Assembly: GCA_965645245.1 (NCBI GenBank)
Contig: OZ287076.1
Coordinates: forward strand, 1,612,001 to 1,676,000
Length of the DNA stretch: 64,000 bases
Source of the DNA: Massalongia carnosa
Lineage: Eukaryota
Direction: 5' to 3'
Positions 34,081 to 47,664 of the stretch are shown here, one piece after another. Both the position numbers and the translations under genes were made by a program. The notes beneath the pieces were generated by a model. It had not been told where the DNA came from. It searched no databases and was given only the letters and a program-made list of their open reading frames with translations. Within the stretch, counting starts at the first letter, position 1; every line of letters starts with the position of its first letter.

Positions 34081-35970
34081 ATGCTTCCTTATAGACTATC
34101 GTTTCCAAGGCGGCTATCTTCCAATCGTCGTCTACGACCTCCTAATGCCTCCAAGCAAAAATCCAAGGTCAGGCTTTTTACCCAAAACTCCCAGCTTCTC
34201 CTCCTCTCCCCAGCATCCCCACGCCCTCAACTACCTTTCCTCTACCCCCCCTCCGGACCTCGTCACTCGCAAACCATTTTCCAAAACCAATTCCGCTTCC
34301 AAATCTCCCGCCTCCTAACGACCGAGAGAAAACATTACATCAAGACCGAAATCAAAAGAGCTGCGAAATACACCGTTTACGGCTGGACGCTCTTCGGGCT
34401 CCTTTCACTTGCCTGGTATGGCATTCAGAGCGAGTACCTTGAACGCATATATCCCTCCCCCCCGGATTGGACTTTGTTTTCAAGGATCGAATACCGCAAT
34501 GCACGCAACGAGGAGAACCCCAGTGCGAACGAATATGGCCATGTGGACCATGTGCATGTAGGAGCATGGTATTTCAAGCTGCTGGCTCGGCTTGAGCATC
34601 CCTCGCTAGACGGCGCAGATCTCGAACCATTATTAAAAGATGAAGGAGACATTTATATCACGGGGGTAGGAAAATCCGGACTCAATATCTCTTCCAAATC
34701 AGAACCATGGCGTCGGGGATATCACGAATGTCTCATGGGAGCCGCGCGGGCAGCAGAGCATCTGGACGGCTGGGTCAAAGACAAGACTAGAGATATATCT
34801 TTCCCTTCAAACATGGTCATCGGCCCCTCGAATCCGCGGCCCAAACCAGTCCCTGCTGGTGGAGCTACCCCACCTCTAGAAGAGAATTGTGTTCCGGCTT
34901 TTGAAAGCCCCGAATTCTACTATACCAAAATTCTCACTACGCACGGCTTTAACACGCGCCAACGCCTCGATGCTGCGCTCGCATATGCAGATTGGTTGGA
35001 TTTCAAAGGTTTACCGACAAGTGCGAAGGAAATGTTCGACTGGGCCTTGGACATTGCCATCAACGCACTGCCCGCGGAAGTAAGCGATATCATCGACAGG
35101 AAGTCGGGCGTCCTCAGCAATAACGCCAAATACGTGTCATCAAACCTCTTCCTCGCGGCAACATCCCTTGCCATCCACCACGCCCGCAATAAAGATTTCG
35201 CCGCTGCTCTCCCAATCTTCCTCTCCATCCTACGAGCAAAGAAACAACTACCCCACCCCCCGTCTGATGCGCCACCCGCCCTCCAAACTCTCGGCCCATC
35301 CCCTCAACCCACTGGTCTCCTCGCCGCCATCCAATCCCTCCTCGTCACCCCACCGTATCCCGCCGCCCCTCCTACGGGGGACCAACCCCAAGTTCGCACC
35401 CCAATGGCCGCATGCGAGGAAGCAGGCATAACGGTGCACATCGGCGAGATCCTATTCGCTTCTTCGTCGCCGTTCTCCACCTTTTCCCCACCCGCGAACT
35501 CCAAGCTTGCATTCCGCCAAAGTCAGCAGTCAGGCATCAATTGGACCCGGGATGCGGTAGACACTGCGGAAGCCATTATCCTGGCTACGCCGCGGGAGGA
35601 CCGTGATGCCCGCCAGAAATGTGCGGAATGCGTTAACGTTGGGCTGGATAATTGGGGCAAGATGACGGCGCGTATGGTGAAGGATGCACAACGACGACAG
35701 CAGCAGCATAAGCCCGAAAAATCACATCATCACCCCAGCCGTTCTGGTAATAGTTGGATTTTGCCTGGCGGCACCTTCGGGAGCACAAACCAAAATGACA
35801 CTGACGCCGACGCCGACACCAAAGACGAGGAATCGGAGCGCTGGATCCGGGAGGCGCAGGCGGTGGAGGAGCGGAAGATCCGGCTAGGCCGGATGTTGCG
35901 AGAGGAAGGCTTGGCGTCGGACAAGGTGGCGGTTTCGGGCCCACAGGAGTGGGGGTTGCTGTTTCGGTGA
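34081..35970 (+). CDS. Fungal hypothetical protein, probable mitochondrial presequence, one TM helix, TPR-like helices
   Basis: 629-aa intronless ORF with Arg/Ser-rich N-terminus and hydrophobic VYGWTLFGLLSLAWYGI; divergent from VMA22. Confidence 0.85.
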   Translation: MLPYRLSFPRRLSSNRRLRPPNASKQKSKVRLFTQNSQLLLLSPASPRPQLPFLYPPSGPRHSQTIFQNQFRFQISRLLTTERKHYIKTEIKRAAKYTVYGWTLFGLLSLAWYGIQSEYLERIYPSPPDWTLFSRIEYRNARNEENPSANEYGHVDHVHVGAWYFKLLARLEHPSLDGADLEPLLKDEGDIYITGVGKSGLNISSKSEPWRRGYHECLMGAARAAEHLDGWVKDKTRDISFPSNMVIGPSNPRPKPVPAGGATPPLEENCVPAFESPEFYYTKILTTHGFNTRQRLDAALAYADWLDFKGLPTSAKEMFDWALDIAINALPAEVSDIIDRKSGVLSNNAKYVSSNLFLAATSLAIHHARNKDFAAALPIFLSILRAKKQLPHPPSDAPPALQTLGPSPQPTGLLAAIQSLLVTPPYPAAPPTGDQPQVRTPMAACEEAGITVHIGEILFASSSPFSTFSPPANSKLAFRQSQQSGINWTRDAVDTAEAIILATPREDRDARQKCAECVNVGLDNWGKMTARMVKDAQRRQQQHKPEKSHHHPSRSGNSWILPGGTFGSTNQNDTDADADTKDEESERWIREAQAVEERKIRLGRMLREEGLASDKVAVSGPQEWGLLFR

Positions 35971-36628
35971 ATTGGACACATGGGGTTAGTACTTGAGAGG
36001 TAGTACTGGCAATGGAGATGGAGAAGGAAGGGATTTGGGGATTCGAATAAGTAGTCCTTTTGTTTCCCTCTTTTTTCTAAGAAGGGTTTCCGTAGAAAGC
36101 TGGGGAGGGGGGAGTTAGTCTGGCACGGCGTGGCGTGGAGTGGGTACGTGAAGGAAGGACAAAGAAAAGCGAGCCAGCGTTTACTTATACCTACCTACCT
36201 ACCCACCTGTTTCAGTATATACCTACCTATTCCTTTCACAATATCTCATACCATACCATATACACCACCTTCTTCTCCCTCCCCCGCTTCTTTCAACCTT
36301 TCACGTTATACATACCTACCCACCCCTCCCCTCTCCCTGAAGCACGCATACACAGTATACATACATACATGGGATAGAGATACCTAGTTCCCTTTCATCG
36401 TCTTCCTAGTACTCGCGCCCGTATCTCGTTTTTTCAATCTTAATTTATTTTACATCGCGCTTCGCCCGCAACTGCGGCCAGACCGCGGAATGAAGGAAGG
36501 GGGGAAAGGAGGAGAAAAAATGTCTGTCTCTCTAGCCCCACGGAAGATTATGTCCCGTTTGTTCTACTACGTTTGGTGCGGGATTCCGAAAGCGCTCAAT
36601 TGGATTGGTCCCCCCTTCAACCATCAGC

Positions 36629-38043
36629 TTAAACCCTCCTAACCTCCCTCCCATCCAGGCGATCCACAACCGCAACCCTGCTCCCTCTTCCTTCTGCCCC
36701 TTTCCCCTTTTCTTCCTCCTCCTCCTCCTCAACCTTCCCACCACCCTCTCCACCCCCATTTCCATTCCCGTTCCCATCCCCTTCCTCATCCATCGGCAAA
36801 AACGCTTCCACTTCCTGATACCCAGGGACGTCGTTCACTAGCTGAAAGAAGGCCAACATGCTCCGGTGCGCGCGGGGCATAATGCATTCCGTATGCACGG
36901 CCTCGCCCGATGAGTAGCAGTTGCAGCCGAAGTCCTCGCGGCCGGAGAGGGGAGTGTCGAGCGGGTGGGGGGACAGGAGGTAGGCGCGTGCACGCTGTAA
37001 GGATGTGAGCGTGGGGAAGGGAATGGTTAGGAAGGCCGTCAAAAGAAAAAAAAAGGAATGCTGGGGGGAATGAAGGAATGAATTTACCCTTCCCCAGAAC
37101 GAGGCAAAATCCGCATTATACACCTCCTCACCCGGCCACATATACCCTGTGCCCACTGCAATCGCCTGCACCCTATCCTTCCAGGTCTCCCACGCAGACT
37201 GCAAATACGACACCACCTCCGACGCGCCATCTCCCACACCGATTATATCCAGTTTCGCGTGCGGGTTCGCCATCTTGGGCACAACCTCTTCAAACACATA
37301 TCGCACATGATTCGCCTCGTTTTCGTTGCCGGGGATACGGTTCTTGACTTTGTCTACGCGCATCAGCCCCGCCACGCCTGACTTGCGCGGTAGCGCACTC
37401 CAGCTCGTGTGCGTAACAGCACGTGCACCGCGACGGTACCAGAGCAATTGACCCATGTTGGCGATTATGATGCCGGGGTTGTTACGGGAGGATTGGATGG
37501 CGTGGATGAAGTCAAGGGCGCTGCCAGAGGCGAGGGACTCCTTACCGAGGGTACGGTAGGCGAAGACCCCAAGGTCTTGGAGCTCTTCGCCGAAGTAAAG
37601 GATTGTGCGGGTGGCGGTGGATAGGTTGGCGGACGTAAGGATTGGAACGTGAGGGCTTGTAGAGGGTGTGTCGAGGGGGAGGTTGGTGAGGTGCATCGAG
37701 GAGGCAAGGAAGCGGCGTTGAAGGAGGTCGCGGATGCAGGCTAGGTTGGAAGCTATTAGCTTGTAGATTTAAGGAGGAAGATGTGGAGTGGGCGGACTGT
37801 TCATAGCTTCACGCTGTACTTCGCAGACGCGCTCATTTTTGGAGATGAAGAAATTGAAATCTTGGTCTGGGCGAGCGATTGAGCGGATTTGATCTTTCTC
37901 GTTGACAAAATAGCTACGGGGGCGTTAAGCATTGAGGTGGACTTCTTCATAAAGGTACACATAATGGGCACTTACCCTAAAGCTTCCAGATCCGCTGGGA
38001 ATTCTGGGTCTTTCGGGAGACTGCTGCTTAAACGGCGAAACAT
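36629..38043 (-). CDS. arb2: Arb2 (Argonaute chaperone complex subunit)/FAM172-like protein, about 3 introns
   Basis: MFRRLSSSLPKDPEFPADLEALG-YFVNEKDQIRSI, QDLGVFAYR, IIANMGQLLW, NRIPGNE...HVRYVFEEV, RARAYLLS...FGCNCYSSGE. Confidence 0.85.
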
Positions 38044-38494
38044 ATTGACACAAGCGAAGTAATGAGCAGTATATCAGACACGAGGGGCGATGTCACTCAA
38101 GTCTTGTCGTGAAATAAGGTAACTTCAAGAAGGAAATAGGCACTTGTTAGAGCAAAGGCATATAAGGAAGAATGAGAATTTTGATAGGAGTGTGAAGAGG
38201 TTGGGTTCATTCACCCAGTAAATGAATCAAATAATGTGAGGTTGAGGTCGAGGTTGAGGTTGAAGTGGATGAAGGTACAAAGTCCACAGACGCAGCTAAC
38301 CGAGGATGATGAAAACATTGTTCGGACACTCGTAAGACTTTTTTGGCTACACCATTTCAATTTGAAAATCTTCAATGGAGAACGATTGTCACCCCAAATT
38401 ATACAATGCTCCTGAGTATGATACCGATTGCCAACGCCTTGTAATGCATTCCGGTATATGCAACTCCAAGGTACCCGATACAGTATTCTGTCCA

Positions 38495-39079
38495 TCACCA
38501 ACTCGCTTTCTTCACCCCAGGAATACTCCCCTCCAGCGCATGCATCCGGAATGGGTACTATTCTCACAGTCAGGAAAATATGGAAATCACAGCTGCCAGC
38601 ATGTGCTCTTACCCTCGACATCCTAAAATCCTTCAACACACCCCGCGATTTGCCCCCGTCTATACATCGGTTATTGATCTGCGTTGATCGCGTGTAGCAA
38701 TGCATTTGCGACAGCTCTAATTGAGCCTGAGCACGGGTCCGTTGAGGGAGTGTAGTATTGCGGATGAGATATCGAAGGGCTTGTCTGGAGAAATGGGCAT
38801 CGTCAGAGACTGTGGCGAAATCGAGGGAAGAGGGTGCGCGATGCTTGCAAGCGCATGGTGATGTCGTGAGAGGATTGGGATCAACAGAGATCTCAGCAGA
38901 AATCTGGAAGGCATACCTTTGGGTTTCATACTGTTCATAGACCTTTCTGAGAGACGTTAGCCAAGCTCTCTACGTGGATAAGATCATCAGTATGAAGCAT
39001 ACCGTTTTGTGTGATCCCTGATAACTTTGATATTAATGAAGCATCCAAGGTCAATCTTTTTTGCTCGGAACTGAGCCAT
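38495..39079 (-). CDS. MRP2: Mitochondrial ribosomal protein uS14m, 3 introns
   Basis: MAQFRAKKIDLGCFINIKVIRDHTKR...QALRYLIRNTTLP...[43 protein letters not shown]. Confidence 0.92.
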
Positions 39080-39585
39080 GATATTAGATGTATTTAAAAA
39101 TCGAGGGGTTTTCGGGAGGAATTCTTGGGAAGAATGACTAAAGAGGTATCAAGAGAAAGATTGTCTGTTTAAAGCAGCGATGTCCTTAAAGGAGAATCTA
39201 TCTATTCACGTGATTTGACAACGTCGAGTCTTTCGAGGAAATCTCGTTACGGAGCATAAACCTTTTTAACTTGACTAATATCAGCGTCAACGTCCAAGTA
39301 CTGGTCTGCCAGTCGGAGCATCAACGTGAGATGGATTGCGTTGATCAACTCAGTTCTCCAGTTACGAAAACCACCGAGTGAACCTTTCTAGCTCTCAGAC
39401 TGTAGTCCAGACGGACAACCTTAGATCGTGGGAAGAAAGGGAAAAAAGGACTCCTTTTGATTTATTTCATCCTGTCTCCCTTCTCTACGGATCCTATGGT
39501 TCTCGCCCCACTGCATGCTCCCCTTATTATAGTAAGTGGTACTTAGATTACTCGCAACTGTGATCCCGCGACCGACTCTTTTATC

Positions 39586-40695
39586 ATGGGTCGAGGACAT
39601 TCGGTATACTCAGTGGAGGCAGCGGTTCGTCAATCGCCACCACTCGACTTTATCAATATCCCGGACGATAGTTGGGTCAAGAATAAGACAATTCTCATTA
39701 CCGGAGGCGCTAGTGGATTTGGTGCTGGATTTCTTAAACGATGGGCTAATGCAGGCGCGAATGTTATTATCGGCGATATCAATGTCCAGGCTGGGGATCA
39801 ACTGATCCGTACGTTAAGGAAGGAGACCGGAAACAAGAACCTCCACTTTATCTATTGTGATGTGACCAACTGGCAATCACAAGTAAACCTCTTTAGAGAA
39901 GCCGTTAAGTTAAGCTTGCACGGAGGAATCGACACCGTTGTGGCCAACGCTGGGGTAGGGGAGGGTAGGGGAGTTTCATTTGAGAAACCAGAGGGACTGG
40001 ATGCAGCTAATCCGCCTCCTCCGGATCTGACTGTTCTGAACGTGAACCTTATCGGAGTAGTCTACACGAGCCACCTTGCTCTCTACTGGCTGCAACGCAA
40101 TCCTGGCTCAAGCCCTGCAAATCCCAAATGCGATCCTACCCAAACCCAGCGAGACCGTCACCTCCTCTTGATCAGCTCGGTCGCGGGCTTTCTGCCGCTG
40201 CCTGGCGTAAGTCTATATGGCGCGTCTAAACACGCTGTGCTTGGATTGTATAGATGCCTTCGGTCTACATCCTTTGCCCACGGAGTCCGTACAAACGTGA
40301 TTTGCCCTTACTTTATGGATACCCCTTTACTTAAGGCTTCCCATCGTGCTCTCCTCGCTGGTGGCCTGTTAGGTGAAAGTGAGGATGTCATCGAAGCTGG
40401 CACGCGCTTCGCTGCAGATCCTCGTGTGGTAGGGCGTGCCATTTCCGTGGGCCCAAAGGTGAAGGTAGTACAAGATGAGGATAGCGAGTGGAGTTTGGCA
40501 GAAGATGAAAATGCAGATGGAGTAAAGAAAGCGTTGTGGGAAGTGTATCCTCACGATTTCGAGAATGCAGATGTGTTCCAACGGAGGTTGATTGGAATCT
40601 TCAATCGCGCATCAGAAAAACGAGGATGGACCGGTTGGGCCGCAGATATGGTGGGCGCCTTGATATATGGGGTTAAAAGTTGGTGGAGCTCATGA
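39586..40695 (+). CDS. Short-chain dehydrogenase/reductase
   Basis: ITGGASGFG, CDVT, VVANAG, VNLIG and catalytic YGASK. Confidence 0.93.
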   Translation: MGRGHSVYSVEAAVRQSPPLDFINIPDDSWVKNKTILITGGASGFGAGFLKRWANAGANVIIGDINVQAGDQLIRTLRKETGNKNLHFIYCDVTNWQSQVNLFREAVKLSLHGGIDTVVANAGVGEGRGVSFEKPEGLDAANPPPPDLTVLNVNLIGVVYTSHLALYWLQRNPGSSPANPKCDPTQTQRDRHLLLISSVAGFLPLPGVSLYGASKHAVLGLYRCLRSTSFAHGVRTNVICPYFMDTPLLKASHRALLAGGLLGESEDVIEAGTRFAADPRVVGRAISVGPKVKVVQDEDSEWSLAEDENADGVKKALWEVYPHDFENADVFQRRLIGIFNRASEKRGWTGWAADMVGALIYGVKSWWSS

Positions 40696-41200
40696 GCTTG
40701 AGGGACTTGCATTTCTCATTATGTTATTAATCTCATTCCCCTATTCTGTTGTGTGACATGGTTTTTCTTCTCTACTCTCTTGTCTCTTGCCAAATAGCGC
40801 CTCAGTGATGTATATAAAGTCACATTAAACAATACATCTAGGATTTCTCCCAGCGACCATAGTGCCGCAAACCCTCAACACATCAGGTCACATAACGAGA
40901 CCATGGAGGAATACAGATCTTTACCCTAGGTATGGACTATGTAGCACGTTTGTTTGCTGAGCGATTGGTGGAATACTTGACTCTGATTAGCTACAACCTT
41001 ATGCTCACTGCTGAAGTGATGAGCTGATGCAGCGAGTGAGAGGTGTTGGAGGGAAAGATGCCCTATCCTGATCGAGAGTGATAATACGTCTAACAACCAC
41101 CACCAGTTTTGTCAAGAACGACTCAATACATGAGTTTGCAATACAGTACGTCAATCGACCGTTTCCCTGATTTCATTTCTCTCTTTACTTCATCTAACTC

Positions 41201-43016
41201 ATGTCAGCACCAAAACGCTCCTCTCCGCTCCGTAAAGTCGCCGCTTTCTACGACCTCCCTAGTCTTGCTAGCCCCGAAAGATTGAAAAATCAACCATCTT
41301 ATCCTGGGATACGGCCTTCAGCAGGAGAAAGAATAGCTGACGGATCATTATTGCCGCCAATATCGCCTATATCATCCCAGACCGTATACGAGATACATGT
41401 TACAGCGAGCATTGATAGCTGGCTTTCTGGCATACCTGATAGCGCCACCAACAGCATGTTCCAATTCCCAGAGAAAAAAACGTCTATCCCATCTTCGCCA
41501 AGAAGTAGCCCACCATCCTGGTCCCCGAAGTCAAGAATGGGACCTTGGACGTTAACACCTCGGAAGGTTGCCCTGATAGCTGGTACCTGTCTTGGGATTT
41601 TGCTATTGAACTCCGTTCTATCTTTGTTCGGTCATCATAGAGTCGGTAACACTTCCATCGCAACGAGAACTGCTGACAAGTTACCCAGCTACGCCGCCCG
41701 GCCTACCTTACAGAAACTATACCATACAACATTAGTTTTCTACCTAACGCTGCCTTTCAACCGCCTGAGCCGCTTCCTCATCGTTACCCTGATACAGTTG
41801 ACACCTTTGCAACTTATAAATACCGTAACACTTGCAACATCTCTTCTCTTGACCTCCACGCTCCATTCGCACCTCTATGTCGAGATCGCAATTCTATGAT
41901 AACTGCAATGTCTTCAGGTGGCCGCATAGGAAATGATGCTCCATACATGCCCCGAGCCTGCGATATGCGCTGGTTCTCCACAGAGGAGATATGTGAGATC
42001 CTAGCCCGGTTCGACAAGGTTATCATTGTCGGAGATAGTATGATGAGGCATGTCATTGGAAGCATCAATGTACTAATTAGGAAAGATTTGGGGTATGGTG
42101 CTGTGACAGATTGGAACTTTTCGCCAGAGGAAAGGTACGATTCGAATACATACAAGTTTCAATGGACCTTACTTCGAAGGCAGAGAAAAAATAGCTGACA
42201 AAGATTCATTCAGACGAGATTGCTTTTGCAACTACCAGTTCAATGTCAAAGCATGCTCAGTTCAGGGAATATTTAAAACAGCCGATGTGCTCAAGAATGA
42301 CCCCGACAGTCTAGCATGCGCAATTAACTCTATCGACGTTATGAGTATCATCACTTCCCTCCTATTTCGGTAGCCTTTTCTAATCCTTTTCAAGTTGAGC
42401 AGATGATTCGTTTTCCCATCCCCTCGGAAGAAGTCGCGCGCCTACGAGATCTCATCCCCGCTACTAAGCCCCTTCGCCCTTACGCCTTCATCTTTGGCCA
42501 CGGCCTATGGAACGATCTTGACCTCCAAGCCACTCTTGACTGGCTCGACCAGGCCCTCGATACTATCGGCTCCAAAGCCCCCTGGCTCTCCCAGTCATCA
42601 TCGCAATCTCCCAGCGATCGACAAAGAGGACGCGATGCAGTCTTCTGGCCGCGGCTTTTCCTCACCCCGAACGCGGCTGGTAAGGAGAAACCAAACGAGT
42701 GGATCGTCAGCCAGGGCAACAAGGCGCTGATGATTTTTGAGGAGGCGGTTGGGGTGGAGGTTAAGCGCCGAGGAGTGGAGCATTTGGGGACATGGAATAT
42801 GTCAGTGCAGAGTAATAAATTTGACGGGGTGTAAGTACTGTTCCTTTTCGCTACCATCAAATCGAGCGGTGTCTTACTCCTATACACCCCTATGTCCGAC
42901 GTAATCCGTCTAGGCTAACCCGACAATAAAATAGCCACGTCGATCTCAAAGGAAACCTCATCAAAGCCATGATGGTTATGAACTGGCTCAACATGCTCGA
43001 GGTCGAAACGTTCTAA
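41201..43016 (+). CDS. Type II membrane SGNH/PC-esterase-like (GDS...DxxH) protein, several introns; start may be 41456
   Basis: TM anchor VALIAGTCLGILLLNSVL, Cys-rich lumenal region, IIVGDSMMRH and spliced FDGV-H motif near the C-terminus. Confidence 0.75.
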
Positions 43017-43880
43017 TCCCAGTTTTTGAAAGTATAAACCTAGTTTTCCCCCCCTTCCAGCATCGCTCGTAAGAGTTACCACTTAGAAAAGCAGTGCGAT
43101 TTGCTACAACCTGGCACATTAACTTCATTAGCATTCGTCTCTCCAAGCTTAAACTCGCCGACAGTGTACGATACGAAATTAGGTGTAGATCCTTCTAACG
43201 AAAAAAAGCTACCTGTTTGTTTTAGATCACCGAGATATTTTAAAAATCTTCTTTCGCATATAATCTCCATCCCCACCCGGGCACTGGCGATTCCTCAACA
43301 TTGGTAAAATCTAAGGAGTGCCTGGTATGAAGCCAATCTCTCTTCCCTTCATCCCTATTCTCCAAACTCATCCTCCCATCTCCAACCCATCTAACACACC
43401 CGAGACCCCCTCCGCTTCTCTCCTCCGCCCCCTTTACCCACCCGTAAACCTCCCCGCTTCGATTCAATTCCCCCATACTCTAAAATCCCCTCCCCCCAAC
43501 CATTCAAGAAAGCCCTATGTTACATTACATTTGTTTTGTTTTGTTTTTATTTTTTATTTTTAAGAAAACCCCCCGGCGGAATCGCTGGTTGAGCTGGAAA
43601 ATAAAATATTATGTGTAATTCTGGAGATTTCCCCCCCCCCCGCAATTGATGGCGGAGGGGGGAAGGGGGAAGGTGAAAGGTGAAAGTATTTTTATATTTC
43701 AGGAAGGGTGTGGGGAAAGAACGATAGGGGTGGAATGGGGTAAAATAAAAGTAGGGGACGTGAGTGTTGGAGGAATGGATACCTGACTAGGTAGGAAGCT
43801 TTTTGTTGGGGCTTAAGGCGGGTTGGCGAGCGAGAAGTGGTGGGAGGGGTGAATGTATGTATGTAGGAGCAGTGTTCGCA

Positions 43881-44112
43881 ATGGAGTGACTGGATTGGAT
43901 TGGAGTGGCGCTCCAATCCAATCCATTAAGTCTAGACCTATATGGATTGGAGTCCATTAAGATTAAACCTTAATGGATTGGACTCCATTAAGGAATATAT
44001 TTAATGGATGGAGTGGATCGGAGTCCATGGATCTCCAGTGGAGTAAATCCAGTGGACTCCACTGGATTAAATCCATTTAATCCATTTAATCCATGGACTC
44101 CATGGACTCCAC
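43881..44112. repeat. hAT left subterminal array of TGGA(G/T/C)/(A/C)TCCA motifs
   Basis: Dense ATGGA/TCCAT/TGGAG/CTCCA repeats in both orientations. Confidence 0.85.
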
Positions 44113-44528
44113 TGAAGTGCAGTGCGTACAAACCTTTCCGGAACCTCCCTCGAGCGTAAAACCACTTTGTAGTAGATATAAATTGCCTAATCGAGACGAC
44201 GACCCAGCTAAGCGAGGACGACGACCTTTGTGTTTTGATGATTTTGGCTGGATTTTCGCACCTTCCATGGCCCGGTAAACCTCGGCTAGGGGGTAGAGTC
44301 TGAAATATAGGTGGTAGATTGAGGTTGCGATGTTGAAGTGATGAGGAAGGAGTGTTTTTGCATTTGTTCTCCACGAACTCAAAGTAGTTTTGAACCTTTC
44401 AACTAAAATTAACTAGGAAAAATTCAAAAGATACCTAAAAGAACCTTTCCAGCAATGCCAAATTTGCCATCAAACATAGCAAATATCAACTTCTAGTCCC
44501 CTTGGCAACCATGCACTCATCCCACCTC

Positions 44529-47303
44529 CTATGGGTTCCCTTGATCCCCGAACTTCTCTCCTGCCTTCTGGTACGCTGGTAAGTACTCGAAATAGTCTCC
44601 TAGAACTAGCCCACCCATGGCCCAGCTTCTAATACACTCTCCTGCCTCAATAAAGTCGGGTTTTAGACGATTCCTATGATCTGGAATCATCAATTTGGAC
44701 GAAGAGAACAATCGTTCGACCTCTGCACTCATGCCAGGCACAGAGAATATATCCCTGGCCATTTGAGCTAGTCTAGGATAGTGAGGCTCGTGAGCTTTCC
44801 ACCATTCTAAGTGGCCAGAGAACCCGCAACCATCTTCATCAACTGGTTCTGTATTACAGTACCGTCTATATTCATCTCTGACAGTGGATTTAGCTTTGTT
44901 TGTACTCCTTTTAAGGTGTTCCTTCAAAAGGGAGGGCTTAGCGTGCTACAAATATAGTTAGCCGTGTTTTTATATTAATAAGTGTTAATATACCTTATTA
45001 TTTTGACTTCCAGGTGACGGTGTATCATCTTCAGCAACCTCTATATTTGCATATAAGTCTTGCCAAAGTTTTTGGACCTTCGTACGAGCTTGAGCAAGGT
45101 CACTAGCACTCATACTATCCTCAAAATAAGTCCACTTATACCAGGGCATCAGGACGACGGCCACTAAATAAATAGGGAAGTGAGTAGTTGACGGTATTTC
45201 TCTAGCTTTTGCATGGCGTTAATAATGTTCAGTTCCAGTCGTTTACTAGCTAGTTCCTGTGGGTTTGACTGATCGACTTCATCAAGCTCAAAGCCAAATA
45301 GCTGCTCTTCCATCCCCTTTTTTATTAAATCATATGAAGGGAGCACTTGGTGGGCGTAACCATTATTTCCTATTAAAAGCTTAGTGATTATCGAGTTATT
45401 TAAAGCTTATATAATATATCAGACATCTCTCTTCCTTGTAAACTCATCATAAGCTCTTCGAGTGGTTCCATAAAAGCAATCACTTCCTTGGCGTAGTTCC
45501 AATCGTCAACCGTCATTTGCGAATCAAAAAGAGTCTTCTCAGTAAATGATTGCTCAGAGTTACGATGGACGAATAGATCAAGAGAGTCTTTGATTTGAAT
45601 GGCCCGTCGAAGCATATTAAGAGTTGAAAACCATCTAGTGATTTGCTCTTTAATTGGATGCAAGAGAGGGTCTTGAATCGTCTTATTAATCCCTTCAAAC
45701 TGCTCGATCCTTTGAGCGGTGGCCATTATAAAGACAATAATCACATGAAGCTTCGTAATAGCATCTATTGGACGTTTCCAGACTGCCTTGGGCTCCCCTG
45801 GGAGTCGTTGACGCGCTTGCTTCGTAGGTTTGTTCTCTAAGAATGCAGCTGCCACGAGATTAACGATATGGCCGAAACAACGTAGTCGGTGAGTATCAGC
45901 GTCCAACCTAACTCCCTGCAAAAGGAGATGTTCCTCGACTGCTCTCAAGCAAATGTCATTATCACCGGCATTATCCAAAACACAGTAGCCGAGCCTACCC
46001 CCTAGTTTATAAACTTCAAGGGCCTTGACTATTAATTTTGACATATTCTCTCCACTATGGGGTCCAATAAGACGCTTCATGCCAAGAATCACTGTACGTG
46101 CTTGCCAGGAACGATCAATAAAGTGACAGCAAAGACCTAGCATAGAGAAATTATTAGGAGACGACCATAAGTCAAAGGATATATGGACTTGGCAGTTGCT
46201 TTCCACTAATAACTGAATCAATACAAGTTGACAAGCTAGAAATATCTCTAATAGTGCAGCTTTAATGGAATTGCCCGACTTGGGGAGTGTATCATTGCCT
46301 CGTAAATACGGACTTGAATATAAAAGCAGGTCTCGAAAAGCACGCTGCTCTACAATGGCAAAAGGAATATGACAAATACAAAGAAATCGTAAGAGCTTTT
46401 GTCGAAAGACTTCTGGACTAAAAGGAGCAACTACTACCCCTTGTTGAAGATGTTCAACAACAGAGATAGATGCCCTAGCAGCTGCTTCCTTAGGTGGAAC
46501 AAGATTATGGTCCTTTCGTAAGTGCTCTCCACATGAAGCAGTGCCGTTTGTGATCATATACTCAGTATTAGAACCGTCTGCAACACCTGTAGTTAATTAG
46601 CTTTAATAATCGTTAATATAAATTAAATAGATATTGGACAAATGTATAGTACATGTCAAAATGACAACTCGATGGTTCGGTACATATAAAATGGGCGGAA
46701 TTACACTGAGTTCTACAAATTTTCATAGCAAACATGGCAAATAAGTATAAATCTGGTACTTTACATTTGTTACACACCCAATAGGCCTTGCCCTCCCTCT
46801 CTGCCTTGGTGCCCCAATCCCATATCCAACTACGGCTCGCTCTAGCTCTCTTTGAAGCTATTCCACTTGTAGGAGACGAAAACCGGCCACCAATAACCCT
46901 GCCTTCAATAGAGGTTATAGGTGACGGCCTAGAAGGGCTGCTGGAATGGTTACCAGGAGCGTTCCTGTCGTTCTCAGAGTATATAGTGCCGCTCAGGATG
47001 ATATGGGGACGCTCCGTAGCTTGGGAAGTCGTGGAGGGTGCAGGGGAACGTCGAGAAAAGCTCAGGGCTGACTGGGATGGAGACCTCTGCCATATATTAA
47101 TATATAAGCTTGATTAAATAAAGGATATGGATCAATACTCTTGAAGCTTCATTCCCAAGCTCTGCTGAACCAACCGTACGCTTTCTGCCACGCGTAATAC
47201 GTTCAGGAACGTCGATATCACATGCTCCAGGAAGCTCAAATACTGACTCTGTCTCGCCAGGGTCGGGGCGGGTTGTAGTTGTATCGTCACTAATATCAGA
47301 CAT
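44529..47303 (-). pseudogene. hAT transposase (BED finger, DDE, hATC dimerisation domain), intron-containing, one apparent frameshift near 45176
   Basis: WIW...WVCNK-C...HLRKDH BED finger; FDLW, VLDNAGDN, RCFGH, TRWFST; WWK...YPRLAQMARDIFSVPGMSAEVERLFS. Confidence 0.88.
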
Positions 47304-47502
47304 CACTGCAAGTACGGTTCGGGACGGATTTTGGTGGTTTCTAGTTTAAATAGAAGCAAATTCAGTCCATAGCAAGTGATATTTGTAGGTTGACACGAAT
47401 AAAAGCAGTAAAACAAGTGAAATATCACTTAAAATGTGGGAATTACCATAGCTTTAAGGCCCCTGGAGCTATACCTAAAACACCACCTTTTTTTAGGCCC
47501 TA

Positions 47503-47664
47503 ATCCATTGGACTCCATGGAGTCCACTCCATTAGATAAATCCTTATTGGAGTGACTCCATTAAGCCTAAAACCTTATTGGATGGACTCCATTTAAAAAA
47601 AAAACCTTTGGAGTGGATTGGAGTGGATTAAATGGAGTGGATATCCATTAAGAATCACTCCATT
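47503..47664. repeat. hAT right subterminal array
   Basis: Same TGGA/TCCA motif array as at the left end. Confidence 0.85.
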
